A stretch of DNA of 64,000 nt from Octopus vulgaris (lineage: Eukaryota), in assembly GCA_951406725.2 (NCBI GenBank), contig OX597817.1, positions 106,454,001 to 106,518,000 of the forward strand, in the 5' to 3' direction. The notes below the pieces were generated by a model. That model was not told where the DNA came from, did no database searches, and saw only the letters and a list, made by a program, of their open reading frames with translations. This document shows, in pieces, positions 25,575 through 39,134 of this stretch (within the stretch, counting starts at the first letter, position 1; each line of letters begins with the position of its first letter). A program made the translations under genes and the position numbers.

Positions 25575-25960
25575 AGGAGACCTGGCAGAACCATTAGCAC
25601 GCCGGACAAAATGCTCAGCGGTATTTCGTCTGCCGTTACGTTCTGAGTTCAAATTCCGCCGAGGTCGACTTTGCCTTTCATCCTTTCGGGGTCGATAAAT
25701 TAAGTACCAGCTACGCACTGGGGTCGATGTAATCGACTTAATCCGTTTGTCTGCCCTTGTTTGTCCCCTCTGTGTTTAGCCCCTTGGGGGTAGTAAAGAA
25801 ATAGGTATTTCGTCCGCCTTTACGTTCTAAGTTCGTATTCCACCGAGGTCGACTTTGCCTTTCATCCTTTCGGGGTCGATAAGTAGTACCAGTCGAGCAC
25901 TGGAATCGATGTAATTGATTTACTCCCCTACCTCGGAAAAGCTAAGATTTGAAACTAACA
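25575..25960 (+). mobile_element. SINE family B dimer (head, body + LINE-like tail, second body + standard tail)
   Basis: GGTATTTCGTC at 25620-25630 and 25804-25814 brackets a 184-bp unit. Another decayed copy lies at about 25330-25500. Confidence 0.85.
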
Positions 25961-28410
25961 TTGAACTTAGGTTGACGTAAGCATATTTTCGAGAAGCGCC
26001 ATCTACACGTGAAACAACAGTTAATTTTGTGTTACTATATATTGTAAACACAATATGATTAAATAGTTAAGTTCTCTCTACAACAAGATCTCAGGTTCGA
26101 TTTCACTGTGTAAAATCTTAGGAAGTGTCATTTTCTATAGCCTTGAGTCGAGCCATGCCTTGTGAATGAAACTGGGTAGATGAGAACTGTACAGAAGCCT
26201 GGCCCATTGCGTGGACTGTAACTGTAAGTCAAAAAGCACAGCCTTGTCACATACTGTGGTTCTGCCAGAGAACTGAGTTATGAGTACACACGTCTATGGA
26301 ATACTCAGCCACTTTCATGTTAATTCCAAACAGGTAATTCAGTTGATCAACAACTGAATCCTCATTGTCGAACGACGGAGATCCAACAACAACATTATAT
26401 GTAATGCAGCAAGTGATAAAAACCCCACTAGAAATAATTATGCTTCAAGGAAAGGGCAAGTTTAGTTAATTACTGACATTGGTTTAATTATACTGGCAAA
26501 TATGATACGAGCCAACGAGGATGCGTCTTGATAGTCGCTCGACATGCCAAAAAAAGCAACCAAATTGCCTTCAAATCACACTCTACCCCCTTGGAAAAGC
26601 CTTTGTAGTCTTAGATATATAAAAAGATGTAAACGAGAGAGGGGCAGTCGCCTTCTGTCACAGGTATGAGAGTAACGAAATATTTATTTTCGCTTGCCTG
26701 TTAAATAATGTAGCGGCAGCAAAAGATTCTCTGACTCCAGGTCCCTAAGAACCTTTGCTCCGTCACTGCTTTGATCGTGAATTTTTTTGGTTTAAGTGCA
26801 ACCAAGAGTTCAATAACATCAACAAGAGAAACAACGTTTATTTCATTATATGAAGCAGGTTAACAGGCTTTGCTAATTAGGAAATATGTTGCAACATTTC
26901 TTTATTGATACACAGATACAAACTCTGCTCAAATTATATATATTTATATATCTCAGAAAAAGCATTACTAACACTGTATAACAATCTTTTTTCTTTGGTT
27001 AGTAAGTGTTATTTCTTATTTGCTTCTATCTAGTGATCAAAAGAAATTACTACTATTCCCTTCAGACTTTGCTTTTGTGACCCGGACATCAATGTGACCT
27101 GGACATCGAAACTCGCCTATTTTCCATTACATTTCAAACATTCAGTGCTGTGTTGCTGAAGCAGAAATGTTGTTATAGCGAATATTCTGCTCAATATCAC
27201 AGATTTGCTTGTGAGTTGCTTAACCTTTACTACTTGAGCATGTTTCTTAGTGGCTGACAATATGTACAGCTCTAATTATGAGCAGGAGTAGTGGGGGGGG
27301 GCATCAATTCCATGCGTTGAGAGGAATTCTTTGGGGTTTGAATAAATGTAACAAAAGCAAAGTTTAAAGGAAACATTAGCCAGTTTTCATACTTTCTTGG
27401 AGTAAGCAAATAGGAAATAACAGTTTCTACCAAGGACAAAAATTGTGTTACACAGTGTAATGAGCTGTACATCTTTTTTTTATTCATTTATCCATTTTTT
27501 ACTTGCAGCCGTTCCTGATATGCATTATAGCTGTTTCTAATGTATTTCAGAAACAACTGTAAGTCAAAAATGCACGAATAAAGAAATACATAAATCTCAT
27601 TATTTATACCTTTTATTGTATATAACTCGCTGAAATAAATCTAGATTAACTGGAGAATACAACCATTTACAAAATCGACTGGTGATGGACTACAATCTCA
27701 GGCCTTGCTTTAGGATTACGTGGAGTTTTTTTACTAATCTAAAAACATTTTATTAGCTTAGTGTATTTTGCATAAACAGAGAGCCTGTGAAATATTATGT
27801 CCATATTTACAATCCCTTATCAAAAACTCTTTATATGGTACTTGTTTTTGCTCAAGGTGTCGTGCAGTGAGACTGAACTCGAAACCACGTGATTGGGGAA
27901 CAAACTACCAACACTGCCACGCCTGCAATGAATGAATAAATAAAAATCGAGGTCGTAACTAAATGCAGCTTGAATTTTGACCTCCAACTATTATTACCGA
28001 TGATGCTAACTCGAAATGATTGGGGAATAATTTTCTGTTGGTGACAACATCGGCAAAATACACTTTAATGACAATAAACGAACTTGTTCATAAGTCTATA
28101 AAATTCAATTATTTACTTAGAGAAACCATACTTAAAATGAAACTGGTTAATGTCTCAATGAGTCAGAACATTTACTCTAAGTATTCTGAAGGTAGGTTCT
28201 GCATCTACTTGCTTACCATTACAAAAATGTGTATATAATATCAAGAGTTATTGTTTAGCTTTACTGACTCTTTAACAATTAATTCTTCTGTTTCTAAGTT
28301 TTTAACTGTTCTAAGTGAGGTCAACAGTTTGAATTAAACAAGTTATTACACTACAAACGCTTTGAACTGTCTCCGCATTTCTCCTTCTATATTCCAATTT
28401 TGTTTAATTC

Positions 28411-28448
<38 letters not shown>

Positions 28449-28695
28449 CTTCCAAATTCTATTTTGTCACAATTTTCCTGTCTACATTTCTTTCTACATC
28501 TTGTTTTTGACGTCTAATTGCCCTCACTCCACTTTCTACATTTTACTGTAGCTAGCGTTTTCTGTGCCAAACAACATTTTCAAATGACTTCTTAAATATT
28601 TTTTTTTTAAATTGTCTGCCTTCTAGTATAAACCTTTTGCACATTGTAAAAGGTTGCTTGCGTGTGTGGATGGTCTGTGTGTTTGGTGGTGGGGC

Positions 28696-29082
28696 TTCTT
28701 TTATTTGTTTGTCACTTGACTGCGGCCGTACTGGAGCACCGCCTTTTAATCGAACAAATCGACCCCCAGGACTTATTCTTTGTAAGCCTAGTACTTATTC
28801 TATCGGTCTCTTTTGCCGAACGGCTAAGTTACGGGTACGTAAACACACCAACATCGGTTGTTAAGCAATGGTGGGGGTACAAACAGATACACAAACAAAT
28901 ATATATATATATATATATACGACAGTCTTCTTTCAGTTTCCGTCTACCAAATCCACTTATAAGACTTTGATCAGCCCGAGGCTATAGTAGAAGCCACTTG
29001 CACAAGGTGCCACGCAGTGGGACTGAATTCAGAACCATGTGATTGGTAAGCAAGCTACTTACCACACAGCCACTCCTGCGCC
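28696..29082 (-). mobile_element. SINE family A copy
   Basis: Reverse-complement match to 1129-1500 over its full length. Confidence 0.85.
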
Positions 29083-29840
29083 ATATGTTTTATTCCTTAA
29101 ATTTTTGTTTTGTTCAGCTTTCATAAAAAAAAAATGAACCGTGTTTCTCTCAAAGTTATGTTATTTCCACCGTGTAGACTCAAACTTGAAAACATTGAAG
29201 GATAGAATTATGTGAAAGTTAAAGATTTTTTAAATTGCTGCTCCTTGCTGTAGTTGGAAATACTGCAACTTCAAAATGAACGAAAAGATTCACCTTTAAT
29301 TTAGACATAAAAGCGTAAGTCTTAAGAACAACAGGTACTTGATGAAATATATTAAGAAAGTTCTTTTGCGTTGTGATCATGGCATCTACGATAGAGATAT
29401 TTTAATTCAAAAAGATTTGTTTGCATGTAAAGTGTTTTCGTGTAGAAATATTATCTGTTAATTTCCTTACAAGATTGGAAAACTCTGCCTTATGCCGAAG
29501 GACGAAGGATGTGAATCGTAGATAATGACCTTCGTAAAAATCAAAGAGTATAATGTTTGAATTAAAGCAGATGCAAAAAGAATATTTTCGCATTAGTTGA
29601 AGCCTGGTAAAAAAAAACGTTATGAATAGTGTAACTGAAGGAAAGTTGCTCCAGGATATATACATAGAGAAAATATGTTCAGCAGGACATGAGAGTTCAT
29701 TGAGAACACTATAGAACTTCGTGAGAGACGGAAACAAAAAATGCAAGATGATACGTAAGAGGATATGGAAAAATTTAGAGCATTTTCTCAGGGAAATAAA
29801 TTGAATTCAGAAATACTTCTGCTTAAAAGTAGAAAAATTC

Positions 29841-30200
29841 TTTTAACTCTTGTTTCAGTCACTGGACTGCGCCCACGCTCGGTCAACGGCTGGAAGGGTT
29901 TGGTCGAACAAATCAACCTCGGACTTAGTCTGGTACTTTATTCCGTCGGTCTCTTTTACCGAAGCGCTAAGTTACGAAGACGTAAGCAAACTAACACTAG
30001 GGAGACAAACACGTACACAAACGCATATATAGATATACAAGAGGCTTCTTTCAGTTCCCCCCTGCCAAATACACTCATAAGGCTCTGGTCGGTCGAGCTA
30101 TAGTAGAAGACATTTGCCCAAGGTGTCACACAGTGGAATTGAATCCAAAATTATGTGGTTGGGAAGCAAGCGGTTTTACTTCATAGCCATGCCTGCACCT
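29841..30200 (-). mobile_element. SINE family A copy (diverged)
   Basis: Match to 1129-1500. A partial + strand copy follows at about 30365-30520. Confidence 0.75.
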
Positions 30201-30589
30201 ATAATAGTTATTTTAATTATCAGATAATTATTTCCTGGTGATGTAAATCCGTTAGACTCATCAACAGTAATAAGTGACAGGATGTTGGGCGAAATGTGTG
30301 GGTTGCTTTTATGAATAACGTTTACGTTACCTATAATTGTATCAACGGAAGAGAGAAGTTTTAGTAGATATGGCTATGTGGTTAAATAGCTCGCTTTACA
30401 ACCACAGGGTTTCGGATTCAGTCCCATTGTGCGTCGTGTCTTCCGCGATAGCCTCGGGTCAACCAATGTCTTCTGAGTGAATCTGGTAGAGTGTGGAAGC
30501 TCGTCGCATGTATATGTGTGTGTGTGTATGTATATATATATACATAATGCCAGTAATACAGAGACGGTCTGTCAGTTGGTCTCTCTCTC

Positions 30590-31036
30590 GCCTGTTTTCT
30601 CTCGGTAGTTGCTATGGCGAAAGAAGTAGTATGGAAGACGAGAGTAAAAGGAATTGCAACAGGCATGTTTGTCTCCAGTCTCGAGCTAATCGACTTTTTC
30701 GTTTTCCACATGAAACGGAAAATAAGGCTGGAGAAGAAATGCCTGTCGCAAAGTGTGTTTCGTAAAAGATGGAAGTCTATAGCAAGTATGTTGCGAGTGA
30801 AAGAACCTGTTTAATCGAGAATGTAAAAAAGGAGAAAGCAAAGTCTTCAGTGTGAGTATGTGGTTTGAGGGGTCAACCGCGTCCTCCGCTTCATTTTTTG
30901 TTATTCACTCATTCTCATTTAATTGTATATATTTTAATTATTTGTTTATTCACACATTTCGTCTCATTCGATACCCTGACCCCAACGTTTGTTTTGTCCC
31001 CTCTTTTTCTCAACCTTATGGTGAATAAAGAAATAC
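30590..31036 (+). mobile_element. 5'-truncated 3' end of a Tx1/L1-clade LINE
   Basis: AKEVVWKTRVKG...HMKRKIRLEKKCLS matches 21355-21550. The same tail (TTGTCCCCTC...AATAAAGAAATA) is followed by (TC)n. Confidence 0.8.
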
Positions 31037-31764
31037 TCTCTCTCTCTCTCTCTCTCTCCTAGTTATATACTAATGAAAAGATTTCAGATTTTGATGCTGT
31101 GCTTTAACTGTTCTCTTTAGTTTGCATATTGTAATAAACATTTAATTCCTACATCTGGAGTCTTTCCTCTTGAAATTTTTTTAAAATTGTAAATGTAAGG
31201 ACGCTGAAATTTAGTTTGTTCGAGGCGCCAGCCAGCCTAGAGCCTCCCAGCTGCAATAATAAGTTAATCATTCTCCACTCCTTTTGTGCTTCAATGTTAG
31301 TCTATATGTGTGTATCTATCTTCACAGAGATGTATGTGTTCAAGCATGCATGTCATTTACATGGGTGGATCTGCATATTTTGATTCATATAAGTGTACAC
31401 ATATTTTACTATGTTTGTATGTGAATATATATATATATATATATATATACACGTTTATGTGTTTATAAGTACATATTACACGTTAAACATTCTGGAATGT
31501 TTTACATATTTTCAATGTTTTATTGATACCTAATAAATTCTTAATTAGCCGTGTCATTCTTCGTTTTGTAAAGCCCAGCTTGTCAAAACTGATGACGTGG
31601 CATTTTAGCTACATAACTAACTTCCCTAATAATTACAGGTATAACTCTAAAGTTATAGTTCAGCATTGATGCTTTCTTTGTCTTTTATCTTTAGCAATTT
31701 GTTAACGTCTGCTGGCAACTGATTTATACTACGGTGTCCACTTTGCTTTTCTTATTTCAAGTCA

Positions 31765-31948
31765 TTGTTTTACTTGTGTCAGTCATTGGACTGCGGTCAT
31801 GCTGGACTTAGTATTAAAGGGCTTTAACCGAACGAATCAACCCCCAGTATTTTTTAAAGCCTGGTGCTAATTCTATCATTCTCTAATGCCGAATAGCAAA
31901 GTTACGAGGACGTAAACAAACTATCTCCGATTGCACAGCTGTTCTAAT

Positions 31949-31991
<43 letters not shown>

Positions 31992-32123
31992 TGGACTTCC
32001 TCACAGATTCCGTCAACTAAATCCACTCATAAAGCTTTGGTCGGCCCGGGGTTTTGGTAGAAGACACTTGCTCCTGAACCTGGAACCATGTAATTGGGAA
32101 GTAAAATTCTTACCATACAGCCT
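31765..32123 (-). mobile_element. SINE family A copy (diverged)
   Basis: Match to 1129-1500, with an internal (CA)n. Confidence 0.75.
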
Positions 32124-32129
32124 AGTTTG

Positions 32130-33100
32130 CTTTGACTAAATTTTGCAAAGGTTTCGACAACAATATTCCACCATTATTCTTTTGTATTGTGGGTGTATAT
32201 GTCCCCGACATTTGAGAAACTTCTTATATTTTTATCTCTGGAACTATCCTCTTTTCACTACTGGGTGACGACTTCATGCTTCATATGAAAACGGTATTGT
32301 GATATTTTCAGGCAGCTGCTTATAATTTGGGTTATATCTTTGGGGTTAATTCCATTTCCGTTGTAACAGAGATACAAATATTTCACTTGTATCTCTATTC
32401 CTTTGCACATCAAGCTTTTGGTTATTTCCTGTTTCTTGGTGGCAGAAGTATACCTTTGGAAGTGAGAGCTGATATACCCGTTATTGGGTCCAAGATAGCC
32501 TACTTTATTCATGCTACTGTCACTGATGCCTTCTGACAGCACGACCATGACCTTCAGCTAATTAGCAGAAAACCTTTCATCTGATGTTCTGCAGCTTTCG
32601 TGAATGTGTATCCTTTTTCATTAGTCGAGGAGCTTCTTTCCAATTCTGATAATGCTATTTACCTCATACGAGCATACTTGATCCCTGGATGCACTTCGAC
32701 GCTTAATCATCAAACTGTTGTTAGACAGATATAATACGATATTTAAAGGTTGTTTGAATTGATACTTAACCTCTGCCTCCATGTTTCTGCTTTAGATACA
32801 GCTAGTCACTATTGACGTGGAAATTCTCGTTAGTTGTCAATGGTTTTTAACATCAATGTCTCGGATCTTGTCTGGTGTCCTGTTGAATAGCGCAAATGTT
32901 AGTATGGATACTAGTGCAGCAAATACAGTGTGGACTACTGATTTGTTGTATGCAGAAATTTCTGTGAACCATACATTTTTATCTGGGTTACGCATTCCTT
33001 ATTATAAGTCCCATCAGAGGATAAATGTTCGTCCATTTCTATGTACCTGCTCCATTTTTTGACATATATCAACAAAATTGTTAGGTCATTGATAAGAAAT
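32130..33100 (-). mobile_element. Possible highly decayed Penelope-like element
   Basis: Weak KSVVHTVF and KRIHIHE motifs on the minus strand, plus degenerate GTCGAAAC pLTR-like motifs near 32150-32240. Confidence 0.3.
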
Positions 33101-34218
33101 ATGACTAGTCTGCCTCTTGCTGTTCCCTCGTTTTACGATCACACAGAAACATTTATTTTAGCTAAACTACATTCATTATATCCTTTGGAAATATCGTAAA
33201 CCGGTCAAGACTTTTTTTAACCATTCGTATTTATGGCATATACTTCCAGTTATCAACAAAGATACTACAAATCATCAATGATTACAAGAATGAATTCAGC
33301 CAGTATATTGGTCTGGGACCCACAGAGCAAGGCGGAGCTCGCAAATAAACGACAGATCCCTCCCAACAGAGTGAAAAAGTTTTTAAAGGATACTCCCCAT
33401 CCTCGAGAGTTCAATGGTTATCTTATTGCGCCTTGCAATATATCCATCGGAGGTCCTATGTATTGTGTTGGTGTTTTTGTGTTCTACTGAGCTAATTACA
33501 CCCCCTTCAGCTTTCCTCAACAAAAAAATAATAATAAGAGGTTCACAAGTATAAACAGTACTACAAAAATACTGTCTCTTTGAAATACACCCCTGGGATA
33601 CTTTATCCCATCAGCGGCAATGCAATCACTGCATTTAATATCAAGCTAGTAGCCCAGGAAAAACCCAGATTTTCTATGGGTCTTGTTTATGGACTCTGGA
33701 ACATTTTCCAGTCAAGCTTTTAGTATCCATCAATGGCTAACAGAAATAATGCTTCTTGTAATCCAACAACCCCGCAACTAAATTCCTCCGTGCCACATCA
33801 CCTCTAATATCACTTTTATGGACTGAAATTTCCTCGGAATATCCCCAAACTCATTCTTCTGAGCTACTTGATAATAATTCTACTTTCACAGTGATCCTAG
33901 AGGAAAAGGATCAGACAGTCTGTAAAAACTTTAAGCATATTTTAGTATGCAACTGGTTGGTAGTCCTTTTTAGAAGGCATTGAACATTTTAGTCAATGCC
34001 AGTCAACTTGGTATATCTATATACCCTTTGATAACTTACCGATGACAAAGGTCAATGAGATATTCTTATAGAAGGTCATTTTTTTAACTTTCCCACAACC
34101 AATAGTCAAGTCTCTTCCTGATGCTTCCTATCTTGAAAGGAGAGCAAACCTACGGGTTGTTAGTCTAGTCCTTACTTGTGTTTGTGTGTAAGTAGTTCCT
34201 GCATATTTATATACATAC

Positions 34219-34261
<43 letters not shown>

Positions 34262-34345
34262 AGGTTCTACGCCTATAAGGGAGCAGTGCATCATGAAAAT
34301 GAAACAATTTTTGTTGGTACATTCCGTCTTTTCTTTTTATTTTGT

Positions 34346-34379
<34 letters not shown>

Positions 34380-34394
34380 TATGTATATACATAC

Positions 34395-34447
<53 letters not shown>

Positions 34448-36289
34448 GTACGCATGTCCGTTCGTACCTATGTATGTATGTATTGCATTGGTATGACCCT
34501 AAACAGCATCCAGTAGTGGAGCCCTGGTACAGGAGTTCTAGGATTTTCAGGTGTGTGTAAGCACCTTTGAACCACTACTTGTTGCCAGGTTTAGTCTGAC
34601 CCGGAGTAGTAGCACCTACCAGGTCCTAGCTATGGGTTAGTTAGAATGTGAACCACTGGGAATGAATGACAGCTAGTTCTCGTTAGAATTTCTAAGAGAA
34701 AGCAAACTAGTTTTAAAAATGACCAAGTGTATTTGGCTTCTGATTGTCTGAAACTCTGTTGTACAATGGTATTTTCGCTGGAAAGTGGGTTCCTACTCAA
34801 ACCAAATTCACGTACAGCAACATCTTAGATTTTTGATTCTATGAAGCGGCCTTCCTCGGTCACGACTTCACTACCATGTGTATCTGTACTGTACCTATTC
34901 TTGAAAGGTAGATTTAATCTGTCTTCTGGTTCGTGGCCCAATGATTTGAAGGAAACTGATCGGCTAGAAATAGGAGATCAATCTTCTCTAATCCCACCAT
35001 GTCATTAAAAAAAAAAAGACATTGGATAATGTAATCAAGACAGGCTGTTTATGGCTGGAATTCTTTGATCATAAGTCGGATAAGAGCTTAACTAGAGCTA
35101 AACAATCATCAGCTGGCCATCGGCGGAGTGCTCTCTGCTGCAAATATTCAGACCAAGTGCCCGGCCAGAGTATGAATTATAAGCAGCCATTTATTCCTCC
35201 TGTTAGTTTCGTATACCCAGCAAGTATCATGGCCGCTTCTCCTCTTGTTTTAAGAGATATAAAAATAAACATCGTGTATACCGTATGATTGTAGTTGAGT
35301 TTGGATGTACTTACCCGTGAGAGTGTACGATCGCACTCCTGCATGAGAATATTCCCCTCATTTTTTTCTGGAGTATTTTAGTATTAATAGAAATGTTAGT
35401 GTTATGTGATTAGAATCAGCAAATAAGAGTAGAGAACATGAGAACGTCCACTAAGAAAACTAAAGAGGAGTCTCAGGTTTCAGGTAAAAAAAAATATCTT
35501 ACAGTATCTGTATGAAATCGTTGTTACAGAATGTATAGTATACAGAGAAAAGAAAGAGGACATAATAGGTGTAAGAGGGAATTGAAGGCTGAAACCGAAT
35601 CTCTTAAGTAAGTTGATACTAAAATCCAATCTCAGATTATCTCAAAATGGCGGGTATCAATGATAGCAAGATGGAAACATCTAATAAAGATAGCACTATG
35701 GTTCCATATATTAAACCTTTTCTTTCTTTTTTTCTACCTTCTACTTCTTCCACACTGATTTCTTGTGCCTCGGTTTTCTAATTCTTAGCACCTACAGCTA
35801 ATGTTCGCAACTATGCGAAATTTGAGATAGCTATTACTTATGTAACAACATCCGAATATATAAAAGTCAGAAATAAACATACGGTCTACTTATATTTTGC
35901 CTCAAACATTAGGGCCTCTACCTTGCCATCATCACTGTCGTCATCGCGGTTTATCTCTGAATAGAATTCTATTCACACTTATTTATAACACATTTATTAA
36001 TAAATCTCCCCCCCCCCTCTCTCTTTCTTCCTTTCCCTCCCTTTCTCGTTCTCTATATTTTTACGCACACACAAACACACAATACCGGTTCACTTACATA
36101 TATATGCATATATTGCGCAATTCAGGAATGTATTGAGCCCTGCCAGGTCGAATACTGATATCACTTGTATGAGCTATACCCACCTAGTGTGTGTGCGTGC
36201 GCGCGTCTTTTTTCAGATTGTAGGGAGTAATGTAATTTTAGGGAGTAGTTCTAGCAAGTCGACCAACCACCTTCCAGTTAGTGTGGTTT

Positions 36290-36985
36290 GTATGTATGTG
36301 TGTATGTATGTATGCATGTATGTGTGTGTATGTGTATATATGTGTGTGTATGTATATATATATGTGTGTGTATGTGTGTGTAAGTATGTATGTGTATAGA
36401 TGTGTGTGTATGCATGTGTGAGTATAGATGTGTGTGTATGCATCTATGTGTATAGATGTGTGTGTGCATGTGTATAGATGTGTGTGTATGTATGTGTATG
36501 TATAGATGTGTTTATGCATATGTGTGTGTGTATAGATGTGTGTGTATGCATATGTATGTGTATAGATGTGTGTGTATGCATATGTATGTGTATAGATGTG
36601 TGTATGTATATGTGTGTGTATAGATGTGTGTGTATGCATGTGTGTGTATAGAATAGTATGCATGTATGTGTGTATAGATGTGTATGCATGTTTGTGTGTA
36701 TAGATGTGTGTAGATGTGTGTATATGCATGTATGTGTATATATGTGTGTGTGTGCATGTATGTGTATATATGTGTGTATGTGCATGTATGTGTATATTGT
36801 GTGTGTATGCATGTATGTGTATATATATGTGTGTGTATGCATGTATGTGTATATATATGTGTGTGTATGTATGTGTGTGTATATATGTGTGTGTGTATGC
36901 ATGTATGTGTTTATATATATGTGTGTGTATGTATGTGTAAGTATGCATGTATGTGTATGCATATGTGTATGTAGAAATGCACACA
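36290..36985. repeat. Compound TG/TA micro/minisatellite
   Basis: Recurring GTATAGATGTGTGTGTATGCAT-like higher-order unit. Confidence 0.92.
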
Positions 36986-37094
36986 CATCGAGCTCTTTAA
37001 CTCTTTACTCTTTGACTTGTTTCAGCTCAAGAGTTGGGGGGCCATGCTGGGCCACCGCCTTTATCTTTGCTACACCTTCACTACTTAATGCTTC

Positions 37095-37330
37095 CTCTGA
37101 TGTCTGGCATTTTGTGAATGAGGGAGTTTGATACTGCTCCCCTCATCTGCGTTTCCTACCGTGGGGGAGGGTCATCTGGAACCTTGATCCAGCTTTGCTT
37201 TGAAAACACATCCACATTATGCAGGTCTCCCGGGATTTGGGGGTGAGTGGGGCTGGGGAGATATTGAAGAGCTGTGTATCCTTGAAACCCAAGCTGTTGC
37301 AGTATCTGGTTCTCTACCTCGATGGCGATA
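37095..37330 (-). mobile_element. 3' end of a CR1-group LINE
   Basis: The frameshifted minus-strand translation gives NSLGFKDTQLFNI...KAKLDQ..VPDDP...MRGAVSNSLIH, typical of invertebrate CR1-type ORF2 C-termini. Confidence 0.55.
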
Positions 37331-37522
37331 ACTCAGGGATATCTCATCTCAGACAGTTGAACGGAGCACAAAAACAGCACAAGAAACAAATCCCCACCCT
37401 CACACACGCACAATCATAAATTACAGGAAGATCCTTCCAACTTCACAAAAAACATTACTGTTCTTAAGGTCCAGGGAAAAATCTCACACGAAATTATTGA
37501 ATACAAGCACACATACTCACAC

Positions 37523-37570
<48 letters not shown>

Positions 37571-37571
<1 letters not shown>

Positions 37572-38100
37572 TCTCATGGCTTCTGATCTTAACTGATTGG
37601 AAGTGTTATCATGTACATTGTTTTGTCTTGGTATAACAGAGGGGCTACAGCAAATATTCTGCTCAATACCACAGATTTGCTTGTCAGTTGTTTGACCTTA
37701 ACCAGTTGAACATGTCCCTTAGTGGCTGACGATATGTGCATCTCTGATCACGAGCAGAAGTAGTGGGGGAGCATCATAGCCATGTGTTGAGAGGGATTCT
37801 TTGGGGTTTGAATAATTCACCTCTGGAAACATGGGTGGTTCTTTCAACATCCTTAAACAACCCTTATTCAGGGACCTTTTGAGCGGGATGGGCTACTCAA
37901 CCTGAAGAAAATTCTAACTGGGCCCCACCTGCAAGGTCATGTGCTGTTTATCTTGATATGAGATCACCATGTCGCGCACATATGGTTGTGATGCATGTGC
38001 CTGGTGTACCCTTATCAGACGGGTAGTCATGATGGGTATATTGGGCTTCGTATATTTTACCCCAGTGTCACTTTGATGGCATGCACCGCTCTCTCACTCA
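37571..38100 (+). mobile_element. Non-coding interspersed repeat inserted in (AAT)n
   Basis: Flanked on both sides by AAT arrays (37523-37570, 38101-38114). An older diverged copy of part of it lies at about 27170-27345. Confidence 0.7.
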
Positions 38101-39134
38101 ATAATAATAATAATGGTAACAATGGTAACAATGATTATTGATAGATATTAATTAATTTGATGTGTGCATTAAACGAGAATATCTCTTATTGTTTATTTGT
38201 TGGCTCCACGCCTCTGTGAGAAATATTTATTAATACATAGAATTAATGATAATATTCCCATCAGGAAATGACAAACTAGTTGTTCTAGCCAACAGCCCTG
38301 GGTGTCCATTGAAAACCCAACTTGGGAGTGGCAAACGTATAAAAGATAAATCACTATCATCGCCATCGTATTAATAGTGATGGGAACTGTTGTGCGGTAG
38401 CTCGACTTATAAGAAATAGTAACCAATTCTCCCCACAAAGCATAGCATACCGTCGTTAAAAATGGAAGTATGCATGTTAGTTGTCGATATACTATATTTT
38501 GAATAAGGACAGGATGATCACAGCTTGAGCGTCTTTGCTTCTTTGGGATAAATAACAGCAGCATCTTGAGACAGTCATTTTCCCGCTGCTTTCTTGTTCA
38601 CACCAGATAATTCGTGTCAACGTCTGATGTTATAAGATATAAGGAAAGAAAGAAAAACAACCTGTCTGTGAAAATAACTAAATATTTTCTAAGAAAGGAG
38701 GTGATTTTTCTGGAAGTTGGTAGTTAGTGCCGGATTTAGGTATAAGTTGAATAAATTATAGCTTAGTGCTGCACAAATAATTTCACAAAATAATTTCAAG
38801 AGATACAGTATTTCTTGACTACTAGAATGCTCCAATCTCAAAGACACATCTAAATTTTGACTTGGAATATTTTTAAATAAATAAATTAGATAAACATTGG
38901 AACTAGGTTCCTGTTCTTTCACATACTTCACCATGATGTTTTATTAGTCACTCAGCGACATATAGATTCTGCTGATGACTCATGGTCTGCATTTTAACTT
39001 TTACTTTCGACATAGTTTAGAATAAATAAACCACCTCCAGGGTTAAAATTGGTTTATGGAAAATGTAACCGATTTACGATTTTGAGAGAATCTTAACATT
39101 CCTCTGATAAAGTATTACCTATATATATATGTGT

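Noticed and set aside
33230-33900. Faint APE-endonuclease-like words on the minus strand
   Set aside because: Too degraded to support a call without a profile search.
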